Shown here in pieces: positions 9,602 through 18,837 of a stretch of DNA of 32,057 nt. Each line of letters begins with the position of its first letter. The stretch's first letter is position 1. Below the pieces are notes generated by a model, which saw only the letters and a program-made list of their open reading frames with translations, had not been told where the DNA came from and did not search any database. Made by a program: the position numbers and the translations under genes. Origin of the DNA: a virus. Its lineage: Duplodnaviria > Caudoviricetes. The DNA lies in IMG/VR virus record IMGVR_UViG_3300033076_001246, positions 1 through 32,057 of that record; one strand, 5' to 3'.

Positions 9602-10552
9602 ATGACCACAACATCAGGTAGCGTAACTTTTAATCAGACAGCAAACGCAATTTGTGAAGCAGCATTACGTAAATTAGGTATTTTAGCTGAAGGGGAGGTC
9701 ATCACAGGGCAAATGATGATTGATACAAGAGCTGCTTTAAATAGATTGGTCAAAGAATGGCAAACGGATGGTTTACATTTATGGAAACAAGATGAAATTG
9801 TTGTCTTTCCTAAAAGTAGTAACCCTGTATATTACACATTAGGTGTATCTGGTGATTATGCCGTTCTTAATAGCAATCTTGTGAGTACATATATTTCAGT
9901 AGCGGCAAGTAGTGGTGCAACGTCAATTACTGTTAATAATGATGATGGGGTTGTTGATGGATATTATATAGGCATTGTTTTAGATGATGATAGTATACAA
10001 TGGACAACGGTAAACGGCACGCCTGCGGCCAATGTAATACAGTTAGATAACGCCTTAACTGATGATGTTGCAATAAATAATAAAGTTTATTGTTTTCAAA
10101 GTAAAACTAATAAACCATTACGCATTTTGCACGGTAGAGTAACTATCGATGATGATAGTGAAATTGAATTACGCAATATTAGCCATGATGATTATTTTAG
10201 ATTAACCAATCGTAACATTGTAAGTAGGCCAACACAATATTATTATAATCCTCGTTTAGATGATGGTAGATTGTATGTGTATCCATTAGCGCAAAATGCA
10301 TTGTATCTAATGAAATTCACTGTAGAAAGCACTATTGAAGATTTATTAACTGGAACGGAAAATGCAGACTTTCCGCAAGAATGGCTTAATGCTTTAATAT
10401 GGAATCTAGCTGAAGAAATGGGGCTGGAATTTGGAGCTAACCTTGAAAAAATGCAAATTATTATAGCTAAAGCACAGAAAAGCTATAATAAAATTCTAGG
10501 TTGGGATAGGGAAACGACGCCTATTACTTTTCAACCGACTTATTATCCTTAA
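9602..10552 (+). CDS. Head-tail adaptor (P22 gp4-like) with inserted beta domain
   Basis: N-terminal ICEAALRKLGILAEGE...ALNRLVKEW and C-terminal FPQEWLNALIWNLAEEMGLEFG are gp4-like. Precedes the gp10-like gene. Confidence 0.7.
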   Translation: MTTTSGSVTFNQTANAICEAALRKLGILAEGEVITGQMMIDTRAALNRLVKEWQTDGLHLWKQDEIVVFPKSSNPVYYTLGVSGDYAVLNSNLVSTYISVAASSGATSITVNNDDGVVDGYYIGIVLDDDSIQWTTVNGTPAANVIQLDNALTDDVAINNKVYCFQSKTNKPLRILHGRVTIDDDSEIELRNISHDDYFRLTNRNIVSRPTQYYYNPRLDDGRLYVYPLAQNALYLMKFTVESTIEDLLTGTENADFPQEWLNALIWNLAEEMGLEFGANLEKMQIIIAKAQKSYNKILGWDRETTPITFQPTYYP

Positions 10553-10555
10553 GGT

Positions 10556-11956
10556 ATGACGCAAATAACAATTCCTCTTTCTACTCAATTTTTTCAAGGT
10601 AGAAGTAAAGAAGCCACTGGGCAAAATGTTATTAATATGTACGTTGAGGAAAATCCTCAGGGGTCAAAATATCCCTTTAGTCTTTATGGCTGTGCAGGTT
10701 TAACTGAATGGTTGACATTACCGATCAACGGCGTTGTGCATAATATGCACAAAATGGGTAGTTCGTTATATGTTGTGTGCAATAGTAATGTATATCACAT
10801 ATCAGTCGATAAAACTATTACGCTTCTAGGTACGATAAATAATGTTGGTCGTGTTTCTATAGCAGATAACGGTACGCAGGTTATTATCATTACTCAAAGC
10901 TCAGGGTATATTATAGAGAGTAATGTTTTAACGCAAATTACTGACGCAGATTTCCCCTTAGCATCGGTAGCTGAATATTTTATAAATTATTTTGTTGTTA
11001 CTGTACAAAATACAGGTCGATTTAATTGGAGCGCAGCATTAAACGGTTTATCATGGAATGCGTTAGATTATATTACAGCAGAAAAAAAATCAGATAACCT
11101 TGTTGGCATTATAAATTATAATGATGCTATTTGGTTATTTGGTGAAAGTTCTATTGAAATTTATGTCTCCTCTGGTCAAGCGGATGCGCCATTTGTTTAT
11201 TATCAAGGTTCTGCAAATAGTACGCGTGGTTGCGCTGCAAAATTTAGTATTTATGCTATTGCTAATCAATTATTTTGGCTTGGTGATGATAGGATTGTTT
11301 ATACAAATAACGGATATCAACCATTAAGAGTAAGTAACCATGCCATTGAAAAAGAAATAATGGATATGGCCGTTGTGAGTGATGCTATTAGCATGTCATA
11401 TACACAGGATGGACATAAATTTTATATTCTAACCTTTCCATCGGAAAATAAAACTTATTCTTATGACATTTTAACTAAAATGTGGTCAAAAAGAAGTAGT
11501 TTTACTATTAATAGATGGCGTGCTAATGATATTTGTGATTTTGCAGGTTATCAGTTAGTAGGGGATTTTGAAAATGGTAAAATATATTATATAAATCCCT
11601 TAAGTTATACAGAAGATGAAGAAGTATTGGAAAGAATTATATATACAACTCCTTTATATGAACAAAACGTCCGTTTAATTTATCATTCTATATGGCTTGA
11701 TGTAGATTCTGGTGTTGGATTAACAACTGGTCAGGGCAGCGATCCTCAAGTAATGATGCAATTCTCGGATGATGGAGGGTATACTTGGAGCAATGAAAAT
11801 TGGCGCTCAGCTGGTAACATTGGCAACTATAATAAGCAATTAGTATGGCGCAGAATGGGTATGGCACGTAATAGGTTAATTCGTTTTACTATGACAGATC
11901 CAGTGCCATTTAGAGTATTAGGTTGTTTCAGTGAGATTGAGCCTTATTCTTTGTAA
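10556..11956 (+). CDS. Tail hub/nozzle, P22 gp10-like (phage stabilisation protein)
   Basis: 466 aa with SIADNGTQ, AEKKSDNLVG, WLFGESSIE, YTQDGHKFYILTFP, SDDGGYTW and WRRMG motifs. Confidence 0.85.
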   Translation: MTQITIPLSTQFFQGRSKEATGQNVINMYVEENPQGSKYPFSLYGCAGLTEWLTLPINGVVHNMHKMGSSLYVVCNSNVYHISVDKTITLLGTINNVGRVSIADNGTQVIIITQSSGYIIESNVLTQITDADFPLASVAEYFINYFVVTVQNTGRFNWSAALNGLSWNALDYITAEKKSDNLVGIINYNDAIWLFGESSIEIYVSSGQADAPFVYYQGSANSTRGCAAKFSIYAIANQLFWLGDDRIVYTNNGYQPLRVSNHAIEKEIMDMAVVSDAISMSYTQDGHKFYILTFPSENKTYSYDILTKMWSKRSSFTINRWRANDICDFAGYQLVGDFENGKIYYINPLSYTEDEEVLERIIYTTPLYEQNVRLIYHSIWLDVDSGVGLTTGQGSDPQVMMQFSDDGGYTWSNENWRSAGNIGNYNKQLVWRRMGMARNRLIRFTMTDPVPFRVLGCFSEIEPYSL

Positions 11957-12752
11957 TAATTTTTTTACGTACTCCAACAAAACCATATTGGTTTAAAGTA
12001 TGTTCAGCCCATGGATCGTACATATCCTCAGAATGTTGATTGTCTAAATTAAGTGTATACATTCCACAAGGAGCTTTATTGATTGACGCATCATCTGTTA
12101 TATTATTCAAAATAGATTGAACATCATATATTTCCTCTTGTAATGCATCTAATTGATATTTATCATTGTAAAACAAATATAACGCACCTACAGTCTGTTT
12201 AATGTCTTTGAAACGTTTAAAAAAATGTCTCAAATTTTTATTCGTATAATTACTATTTTGTATTTCTTTAATTGCAATTTTAATATATGTCACATAATCT
12301 TTAATTCTGCCATCTTGTTTGGTTAATACTTGGTATGACATGTGATGTGATTGGTTAAATTTTTGCATACGAAAGCCTAATAATGCAACTTGATATCGCT
12401 GATATTCATAGCTTTTGGTTGTAATTAAGGCAATCTTATGTCTAGCTTGCACAGCCCTGATTGATAACCCTTCAAGATCGTATTGCTGAGCAAAGTATTC
12501 ATAGATATCTTGTGGAATTTTATCATTGTAATTCATTAGTTTTAACTCCTTAATGGCTGACAGTAGATAATCTTGTTCGGTTGCTTCATTATTTATAGTA
12601 TCAATTAAAAATTGAATATAATTCACATAGGATTTAATATACTTTTCATAATGTAATGGTGCTTTTTGATGTAAAACTTTACCAGTTTTGATTTGATAGA
12701 ATTTAGAACATGCGGTACGATATAAACGTTTTAATTCCTTAGTATCTGTCAT
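11928..12752 (-). CDS. Hypothetical protein with internal two-fold repeat
   Basis: 274-aa ORF. IKSYVNYIQFLIDTINN resembles IKDYVTYIKIAIKEIQN. The 3' end overlaps the gp10-like gene by 29 bp. Confidence 0.7.
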   Translation of the reverse strand: MTDTKELKRLYRTACSKFYQIKTGKVLHQKAPLHYEKYIKSYVNYIQFLIDTINNEATEQDYLLSAIKELKLMNYNDKIPQDIYEYFAQQYDLEGLSIRAVQARHKIALITTKSYEYQRYQVALLGFRMQKFNQSHHMSYQVLTKQDGRIKDYVTYIKIAIKEIQNSNYTNKNLRHFFKRFKDIKQTVGALYLFYNDKYQLDALQEEIYDVQSILNNITDDASINKAPCGMYTLNLDNQHSEDMYDPWAEHTLNQYGFVGVRKKIITKNKAQSH

Positions 12753-13099
12753 ACATTTTTTGTAAGATTATAATATATAGTGTTAAAATCGACAATATGA
12801 TAAGACTGAGCTGTTTGCCATGCTTTACGGCAAGTAGCTAAAAACAGTCTTATCAATTCAGATGCGTGAAGTGTTTTACTAATTTTAATCTGATTAAGTA
12901 CTGTACTAATCTTATATATTGTATTAAAAGTATATGGATTACGTGCAAAAACTTCGTCAAATTCATTGTCAAATTGATTAAAATCTTGGCAAGATTTATG
13001 TAATCCTAGTCGTGATAATATTGCAGTTGCTCTATTAGGTTGTATCTTTCTATATTCAAGATAATATAGTTTAAGAAGATATTTTATTTTTTCTTTCAT
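12749..13099 (-). CDS. Hypothetical protein (116 aa)
   Basis: ATGA 4-bp coupling to the downstream ORF. Part of a leftward three-gene operon. Confidence 0.65.
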   Translation of the reverse strand: MKEKIKYLLKLYYLEYRKIQPNRATAILSRLGLHKSCQDFNQFDNEFDEVFARNPYTFNTIYKISTVLNQIKISKTLHASELIRLFLATCRKAWQTAQSYHIVDFNTIYYNLTKNV

Positions 13100-13415
13100 A
13101 TATTGTATAATAAAGTAATATTTCTAATATGCTTTCATATATACTTCTTATGCAAAGGCGATTATTAATCTTATATTCGATATATTGTGTAACATATGGT
13201 ATATAAATGTAAATTATCTGATCAGTAGCAAAAATAGAACCAAAATTGTTATCTCTTAATAAAGAGGTTAATTTTTTAAGATAAATAACATTAAAATTAA
13301 CTTTTTTATCAGATAATTCCTTTGTAGATTGCAGGAAGATTATTAGATCTTTATTATCAGTTAAATTAAAAATATCATTGGCTTTTTTACATTCGGTATT
13401 CATGTTAATAAACAT
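13071..13415 (-). CDS. Hypothetical protein (114 aa)
   Basis: First gene downstream of a minus-strand TTGACA at 13449..13454. Confidence 0.6.
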   Translation of the reverse strand: MFINMNTECKKANDIFNLTDNKDLIIFLQSTKELSDKKVNFNVIYLKKLTSLLRDNNFGSIFATDQIIYIYIPYVTQYIEYKINNRLCIRSIYESILEILLYYTIYERKNKISS

Positions 13416-13559
13416 AATAATATATGATTAATATATATGGATTATAATTGTCAATATACTTTTTAATATTTTTATTCTACTTTAATATAAAAAATATTAA
13501 AAAATGTATTGATATTAATAAGGCATTGTATAAGTAATAAGTTATTAATTTAATATTAT
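13416..13559. promoter_or_regulatory. Divergent promoter/operator region I
   Basis: Minus-strand TTGACA (13449..13454) and plus-strand TTGATA (13509..13514). A 14-bp perfect inverted repeat at 13460..13473 and 13490..13503. The 19-mer at 13441..13459 is identical to 27095..27113. Confidence 0.65.
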
Positions 13560-13910
13560 ATGAATTTACTTAATATCTTTAAAGGCTTTAATAAGAATAC
13601 TAATAATATTCGTGAAAATAATTTAATACACTCTTTAACAACGTTATTAAGCCAATACACTATGGAAGAGATTGTAGATAATATAAATAAATTAGCTCCT
13701 AATCACGGTATCATTAATTTAAGTCTTTATTATTCAATAGATGATATTGCTGATATTATATATCAAAACACATCTCATAAATGTTTAAATAAAAATATTG
13801 CAGTTAAAGAATTTTTATTATATATAAATAACTATATTGATAATCGTTGTGAAAAATATCATCTAACACGATTTTTAATTAACTGCGCAATTAATTATGA
13901 AAACACCTAA
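13560..13910 (+). CDS. Hypothetical protein (116 aa)
   Basis: ORF divergent from 13415 and overlapping the XRE gene start. Confidence 0.6.
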   Translation: MNLLNIFKGFNKNTNNIRENNLIHSLTTLLSQYTMEEIVDNINKLAPNHGIINLSLYYSIDDIADIIYQNTSHKCLNKNIAVKEFLLYINNYIDNRCEKYHLTRFLINCAINYENT

Positions 13911-14148
13911 CGTTTCTTTGTCTCTTGGTAAGAAAATCCGTATGTATCGTATATTATGCAATATACAAGCGAAAGAATTGTCTAAAATGCTTGGCATTGA
14001 TTATCAGCAATATCATCGTTATGAAACTGATAAAGTTAGAATACCTGCGGATACCTTATATAAAGTATATTCTTATATAAATGAAACATTAAAGCAACAA
14101 CAAAAAGCACCAATTGATTTAATAAATTTTTTTGAAGCTACAATATAA
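13897..14148 (+). CDS. XRE/Cro-CI family HTH transcriptional regulator
   Basis: LGKKIRMYR...QAKELSKMLGIDYQQYHRYETDKVRIPADTL is an HTH_3 pattern. No peptidase domain. Confidence 0.85.
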   Translation: MKTPNVSLSLGKKIRMYRILCNIQAKELSKMLGIDYQQYHRYETDKVRIPADTLYKVYSYINETLKQQQKAPIDLINFFEATI

Positions 14149-14155
14149 TTTAATT

Positions 14156-14761
14156 ATGGCAATTAATACCAGTTTATCATTTTTACAGTATCCTTTAGAA
14201 GGTAGCGCTATCAAACTTACAAAACCGTTTGAAAGATTTTTGCGGGATGTTGCAATTTTTACATCTGCAAGCTCTGATACGATCGCAGCAGTTGTTAATG
14301 ATATTTTGGAAAGCGGTGAGTCAACGCCAATATTTGACACACTGACAGTTACTGGTCTCAATGGTGTAGTGAAGGCATCATCTGGAGTGTTTGCTGGTAG
14401 CGCTACCACTAGTGATCTACCAGAGGGTAGTAATCTATATTATACTCAAGCAAGATTTAATACAGCCTATTTAGCAAAACACGCTATTACTACTATTACT
14501 AGTGCTACATACACTGTAACCGCTAGTGATTACTGCATTATTGCTGATACTAGTTCTAATGCAATTACTGTAACGTTACCAACCGCAGTTGGTATTGCTG
14601 GTGTAGAATATGTGTTTAAATGCGTCAGTGCCGTCAATAATTTAACGATTGATGGGAATGCTGCTGAAACTATTGACGGTAGCGCAACAAAGACACTTAC
14701 TAATTTACAATTTGCTAAATTAATTTCCAATGGGTCAAATTGGTGGATTATTAGTAATTAG
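14156..14761 (+). CDS. Tail needle/plug-position virion protein (gp26 position) with C-terminal fibre-type beta domain
   Basis: Sits between the gp10-like hub and the ejection genes. Has the TSDLPEGSNLYYT motif. The C-terminal domain is paralogous to a tail-fibre domain. ATG at 14156. Confidence 0.55.
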   Translation: MAINTSLSFLQYPLEGSAIKLTKPFERFLRDVAIFTSASSDTIAAVVNDILESGESTPIFDTLTVTGLNGVVKASSGVFAGSATTSDLPEGSNLYYTQARFNTAYLAKHAITTITSATYTVTASDYCIIADTSSNAITVTLPTAVGIAGVEYVFKCVSAVNNLTIDGNAAETIDGSATKTLTNLQFAKLISNGSNWWIISN

Positions 14762-14769
14762 TAATTTTC

Positions 14770-14850
14770 TTGACATTCCTGTAAAATGTTTTAAAAAGAA
14801 GAAGCAATCGCTTTTTTATATAGGATATTTGTCAGTTCTTGATCCTATGT
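14770..14850 (+). promoter_or_regulatory. Putative promoter and structured leader of the ejection-gene operon
   Basis: TTGACA at 14770..14775 with TAAAAA 16 nt downstream. Then hairpin AAGC-aatc-GCTT plus a T-run, and a second stem ATAGGAT/ATCCTAT. Confidence 0.4.
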
Positions 14851-14875
14851 TAATATCTATTATTTTATTATACAT

Positions 14876-15625
14876 ATGGGGAGTTTAATACAAAGCGCTG
14901 GTGGATTCATGGAAAAAACCTTAGGATTTAATCCTATTAATGATATTACTGGCAAAACTGCTGAGCAAATAGCAGATCGAAACGCACAAGCGCAAATTGC
15001 AGCAGGTCAAAAAGCTAGAGAAGAATATAGTAAACAATATGGTGTTGGCGCTTCGCAAGTATTATTAAATAACGCCGCTTATCAATCTTTTGTTTTAGGG
15101 TTAAAACCAGAAAACACGCCCGCAGGTCAAGAATATGCTAGGTTATATCCTGAAACAATTTCAGATGCACAGAAAAATCCTTTTCAGACTGGAATACTTG
15201 GTCAATTATCGCAGGGGAATTACCAACAAGCATTAGAAAGTATGCCTAATTATAATGTCAATTTATCCTCTGGCCTTAATGCATTACAAAATACCGTTGC
15301 TGGACGTGGTCTACAAAGTGGCGCAACACAAAAGGCAATTATGCAATATGGGCAAAATTTAGCTAATGATTATTTAATGAATTATCTTGGTGGTTTTAGT
15401 GGTTTACAAAATACCGCCACAAATGCCATGAGTTATGGGTTAAATTTAGGTGATATGACATATAAGCCAGCAGTTTCCGCGGCCGATGAAAGAGCTAGAG
15501 GGCAAATTGCTGGGTTACAACAAAGAAATCAAATGTATGGTATGGCTATGAATGCTGGTATGGGCGGTATGGGTGGTCAACCACAAGCTTACGGATCATC
15601 TCAAATAGGATATTCTAGATATTAA
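14876..15625 (+). CDS. Ejection/DNA pilot protein (P22 gp7-like)
   Basis: G/A/Q-rich with ALQNTVAGRGLQSGATQKAIMQYGQNLA. First of three consecutive internal virion genes. Confidence 0.7.
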   Translation: MGSLIQSAGGFMEKTLGFNPINDITGKTAEQIADRNAQAQIAAGQKAREEYSKQYGVGASQVLLNNAAYQSFVLGLKPENTPAGQEYARLYPETISDAQKNPFQTGILGQLSQGNYQQALESMPNYNVNLSSGLNALQNTVAGRGLQSGATQKAIMQYGQNLANDYLMNYLGGFSGLQNTATNAMSYGLNLGDMTYKPAVSAADERARGQIAGLQQRNQMYGMAMNAGMGGMGGQPQAYGSSQIGYSRY

Positions 15626-15627
15626 GT

Positions 15628-16824
15628 ATGGCTGATTATTCTAATATCGCAAATTCTACCAGTGGCCTAGGAGGCGCATTGCAGAATATTTTTGCAAATC
15701 GTCAAAATCAAAATATTATTAGACAGCAAGAAGAAGACAGGCAGGGCCTTTTACAACAGCAACAAAAAGCTCAAGATATTTTAGGTCAAAGTCTAATATT
15801 AGGCTTAAGTCCACTTCAAACGGCAGAAAGATTATATGCTGTTAACCCGCAATTAGGTCAAAGTTATGTAAAATTTCAGCAAGAGCAACAGCAAAATCAG
15901 CAAGCACAAATACAACTTGAGCAAGATAGAGCTAAAACAGCAACCCAAGCTATGGGTTCATTTGTTGCGCAGTTGAATAAAATTCCTATAAACAATAAAG
16001 AGGTTAAAAACGCATTTTATAGAAATAATATTGAATCTCTTGCGCAAAATAATCTGATTACACCACAGGCCTTACAATTATTAAATGGTGAATGGACGCC
16101 AGAAAAAGAACAATTTCTCACGCAAGCGTTTAATCAACAAATGATTAATATAGGACAGTTTAGGCCTGAATCTGATATTGGTAAAATTAATAGAGATATC
16201 CAGCTTGGATATATAACGCCACAAGAAGCAAGACAAAGAGTAGCACAAATTGAAGGACGTAACAGATCTGATGTTAAAACTATAAAATTAACGCCACAAG
16301 ATAATAAACGAATTGCAGAATTAACCGATCAAGCTGGAAGTGCTTTAGAAAGTCTAGATTATATTAACGCAGCTCAATCATTGCTAGATCAAGGTATTGG
16401 TCAAACTGGTGGCGCTGGTGGCGTTGGTAAATATATTGGTCAATTTCAGTCCTTAAAAGATCCTGATATTCGCTCTCGTAGACAGCAATTTGAAAATTCC
16501 GTTACAAAACTTGGTGCTGCAATGGCTAAAACTTTTGGTGCAAATCCATCAGAATATGAAACAAAATTAATTCAGAAAATGCAAGCCTCTCTAAATAATG
16601 ACCTTCAAACAAATGAAGCTTTATTGCAAGAAGCATCTAATTATATGCAAAGAAGAATTGCAAAGCAAGAATACGTTGTTAATGCAATAGACAACGGCAT
16701 TAGTCCATTAAAGGCTGAAACAATGTTCTTAAGAGAAGAGAGAAAAAAGCAAGTAGAACAGAAAAATCAAAAAACTCAAGATTATTCTAGTTTATCTAAT
16801 AAAGATTTACTAAACATGCTATGA
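15628..16824 (+). CDS. Ejection protein (gp20 position)
   Basis: 398 aa, Gln-rich and helical. Synteny with P22 gp7-gp20-gp16. Confidence 0.6.
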   Translation: MADYSNIANSTSGLGGALQNIFANRQNQNIIRQQEEDRQGLLQQQQKAQDILGQSLILGLSPLQTAERLYAVNPQLGQSYVKFQQEQQQNQQAQIQLEQDRAKTATQAMGSFVAQLNKIPINNKEVKNAFYRNNIESLAQNNLITPQALQLLNGEWTPEKEQFLTQAFNQQMINIGQFRPESDIGKINRDIQLGYITPQEARQRVAQIEGRNRSDVKTIKLTPQDNKRIAELTDQAGSALESLDYINAAQSLLDQGIGQTGGAGGVGKYIGQFQSLKDPDIRSRRQQFENSVTKLGAAMAKTFGANPSEYETKLIQKMQASLNNDLQTNEALLQEASNYMQRRIAKQEYVVNAIDNGISPLKAETMFLREERKKQVEQKNQKTQDYSSLSNKDLLNML

Positions 16825-18836
16825 ATGAAGAAAAAATACGTGCATATCAAGAGGCGGAACGTAGGGGTATTTTACCACCCGATAAACAAGCTCTATGGAA
16901 TGAAGTAAAACGAAGGGGTTTAATTTCTGCGCAGTTTACCACTTCACCTCAAAAAGTAACGCAAGAAAAACAGTCAAACATTAGTCAAAATATTGCTGGT
17001 CTAGCAACAGGTGTTTTACATGGGGCAACATTTGGTTTCGACGATGAAGCAATTGCACATGCAGCGGCAGCATATAAAAAACAATTTGGTACGACTACCG
17101 AAAGGGAAATGTCATATAAAGATTTATATACACAGGAAAGAGATCAACTCAGACAAGCGCAACAACAAATAAGAAAAGAAGCGCCTGTTGCTTCTCTTGT
17201 TGGAGAAATTGGCGGATCTATTCTTGGTGGTGGAGCAGCTGCTAAGGGGTTACAAACTGTCGGTAGGGGTATTGCAACTATACCAACTTTATCTAGAACT
17301 GGTCAAGTATTACAAAGTGCAACTCAAGCTGGTGGCGTTGGTAAAACCGCTTTGCAAGGAGCAACTGGTGGTGCATTATATGGTGCTGGAGAGGCAGAAA
17401 ATACAGAAAATATACCCTCTTCAGTTGCTGGTGGCGCAGCCTTAGGTGGCGTTGGTGGGGTTGTTGGGCAGGCTATAGGTGGTACACTCAAAGGCGGTGT
17501 ACAAAAATTATTAGGCGTTGATAAAGAAATAGCGCAAGCGATTCAAGAATCTGGCCTTACACCAACACTCGCAGACATTAGTACAAGCCCAACAGTACAA
17601 AGAGTGCAGAACTTCTTAAGCAGCGCTCCTCTTGCGGGTGATATTATACAAAATGCACGACAAAAAACAATTGCAGACATCGAAAAGAATTTGTTTAACG
17701 TAACGCAAAGTAGAGGTGGTACAATTGCCGAAGCTGGTGATGTAATTCGTGAGGGATTACAAAATAGACAGCAAAAAATTCTTAATACAAGAAATATTCT
17801 TTATAAGAAACTTGACGATGCTATTCCTAAGGAAACGGTAGTGCCATTGAATAATCTTAATACTACACTTACTGGCGATTACGCTCAAACAGTAGCGAAA
17901 TATTTTGGAGGTACTCCGCAAAAGATTTTAAGTAAAATGGAAGATGTGCAATCTCTACCATATTCCGAAGTAAGAGTATTAAGAACATCAATTGGGAATA
18001 GATTGCAGAGTGCATCAATAACAGGTGATGAAAAGGCCGTTTTGCAACAAATGTATCGAGGTTTGACAGATGATATGCGGGATGTTGCTACAGCACAAGG
18101 TGAAAAATCATTGCAAGCATTTAATAGAGCTAATCAATACCATGCTAAATCACAAAAAGCATTTGATGATTATATCAATCCATTAATTGAAGCTAAAACG
18201 CCCGATCGTGTATATCAATTAGCATTAGCGGGTAGTAAGACTGGCGGTGGCCAAATACAAAGAGTCATGAAATCTCTTAATCAAGAACAAAGGCAATTTG
18301 TTCAAGGTAATGTAATCAGGCAAATGGGTCTTGCAAAAGCTGGATCGCAAGATGCAACTGGTAGTCTCTTTAGTACTAATCAATTTTTAACTGAGTGGAA
18401 TAAATTCAGTCCAGAAGCGAGAGAAAGGATTTTCAGTCCAGAACAGATCACCTCCATTAACAAACTTAATACTACTATTTCAGCAATTAAAAATGTTGGG
18501 AATATGCAAAATACAAGTAAGAATATTCCATATCTTTTACTTGCTGGAGCTGGTTTAACTGCTTATGATCCTAATTCATTACAAACAACTATTCCTTTAA
18601 TTGCTGGTGGTATTGGAGCGGCTCATTTAATGACAAATCCAAAGGTGCTAAATTGGTTAACGTCCAGTGTACCACAAAACACTAGTAATCAAAAAATGAA
18701 AGTTTTAGTAAAGCAATGGTTATCTGAAGGCGCAAAACTTGCTACTAAAAATCCTTTAATTGCTGAGGATATAATAAATGTTTTACAAACTCAACAAGAA
18801 AATAATAATCCTAATACTGATAATCCATTAAAATAA
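16821..18836 (+). CDS. Large ejection protein (gp16 position)
   Basis: 671 aa with AYQEAERRGIL start, GATFGFDDE and Gly-zipper segments (GGAALGGVGGVVG). Confidence 0.65.
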   Translation: MNEEKIRAYQEAERRGILPPDKQALWNEVKRRGLISAQFTTSPQKVTQEKQSNISQNIAGLATGVLHGATFGFDDEAIAHAAAAYKKQFGTTTEREMSYKDLYTQERDQLRQAQQQIRKEAPVASLVGEIGGSILGGGAAAKGLQTVGRGIATIPTLSRTGQVLQSATQAGGVGKTALQGATGGALYGAGEAENTENIPSSVAGGAALGGVGGVVGQAIGGTLKGGVQKLLGVDKEIAQAIQESGLTPTLADISTSPTVQRVQNFLSSAPLAGDIIQNARQKTIADIEKNLFNVTQSRGGTIAEAGDVIREGLQNRQQKILNTRNILYKKLDDAIPKETVVPLNNLNTTLTGDYAQTVAKYFGGTPQKILSKMEDVQSLPYSEVRVLRTSIGNRLQSASITGDEKAVLQQMYRGLTDDMRDVATAQGEKSLQAFNRANQYHAKSQKAFDDYINPLIEAKTPDRVYQLALAGSKTGGGQIQRVMKSLNQEQRQFVQGNVIRQMGLAKAGSQDATGSLFSTNQFLTEWNKFSPEARERIFSPEQITSINKLNTTISAIKNVGNMQNTSKNIPYLLLAGAGLTAYDPNSLQTTIPLIAGGIGAAHLMTNPKVLNWLTSSVPQNTSNQKMKVLVKQWLSEGAKLATKNPLIAEDIINVLQTQQENNNPNTDNPLK

Positions 18837-18837
18837 T

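Noticed and set aside
8163-10359. 17-bp repeat TTATTAACTGGAACGGA at 8163..8179 and 10343..10359
   Set aside because: Both copies encode LLTGT with preferred codons, and there is no further similarity.
16414-17345. GCTGGTGGCGTTGGTAAA repeated in two ejection genes
   Set aside because: Low-complexity Gly/Ala coding (AGGVGK).
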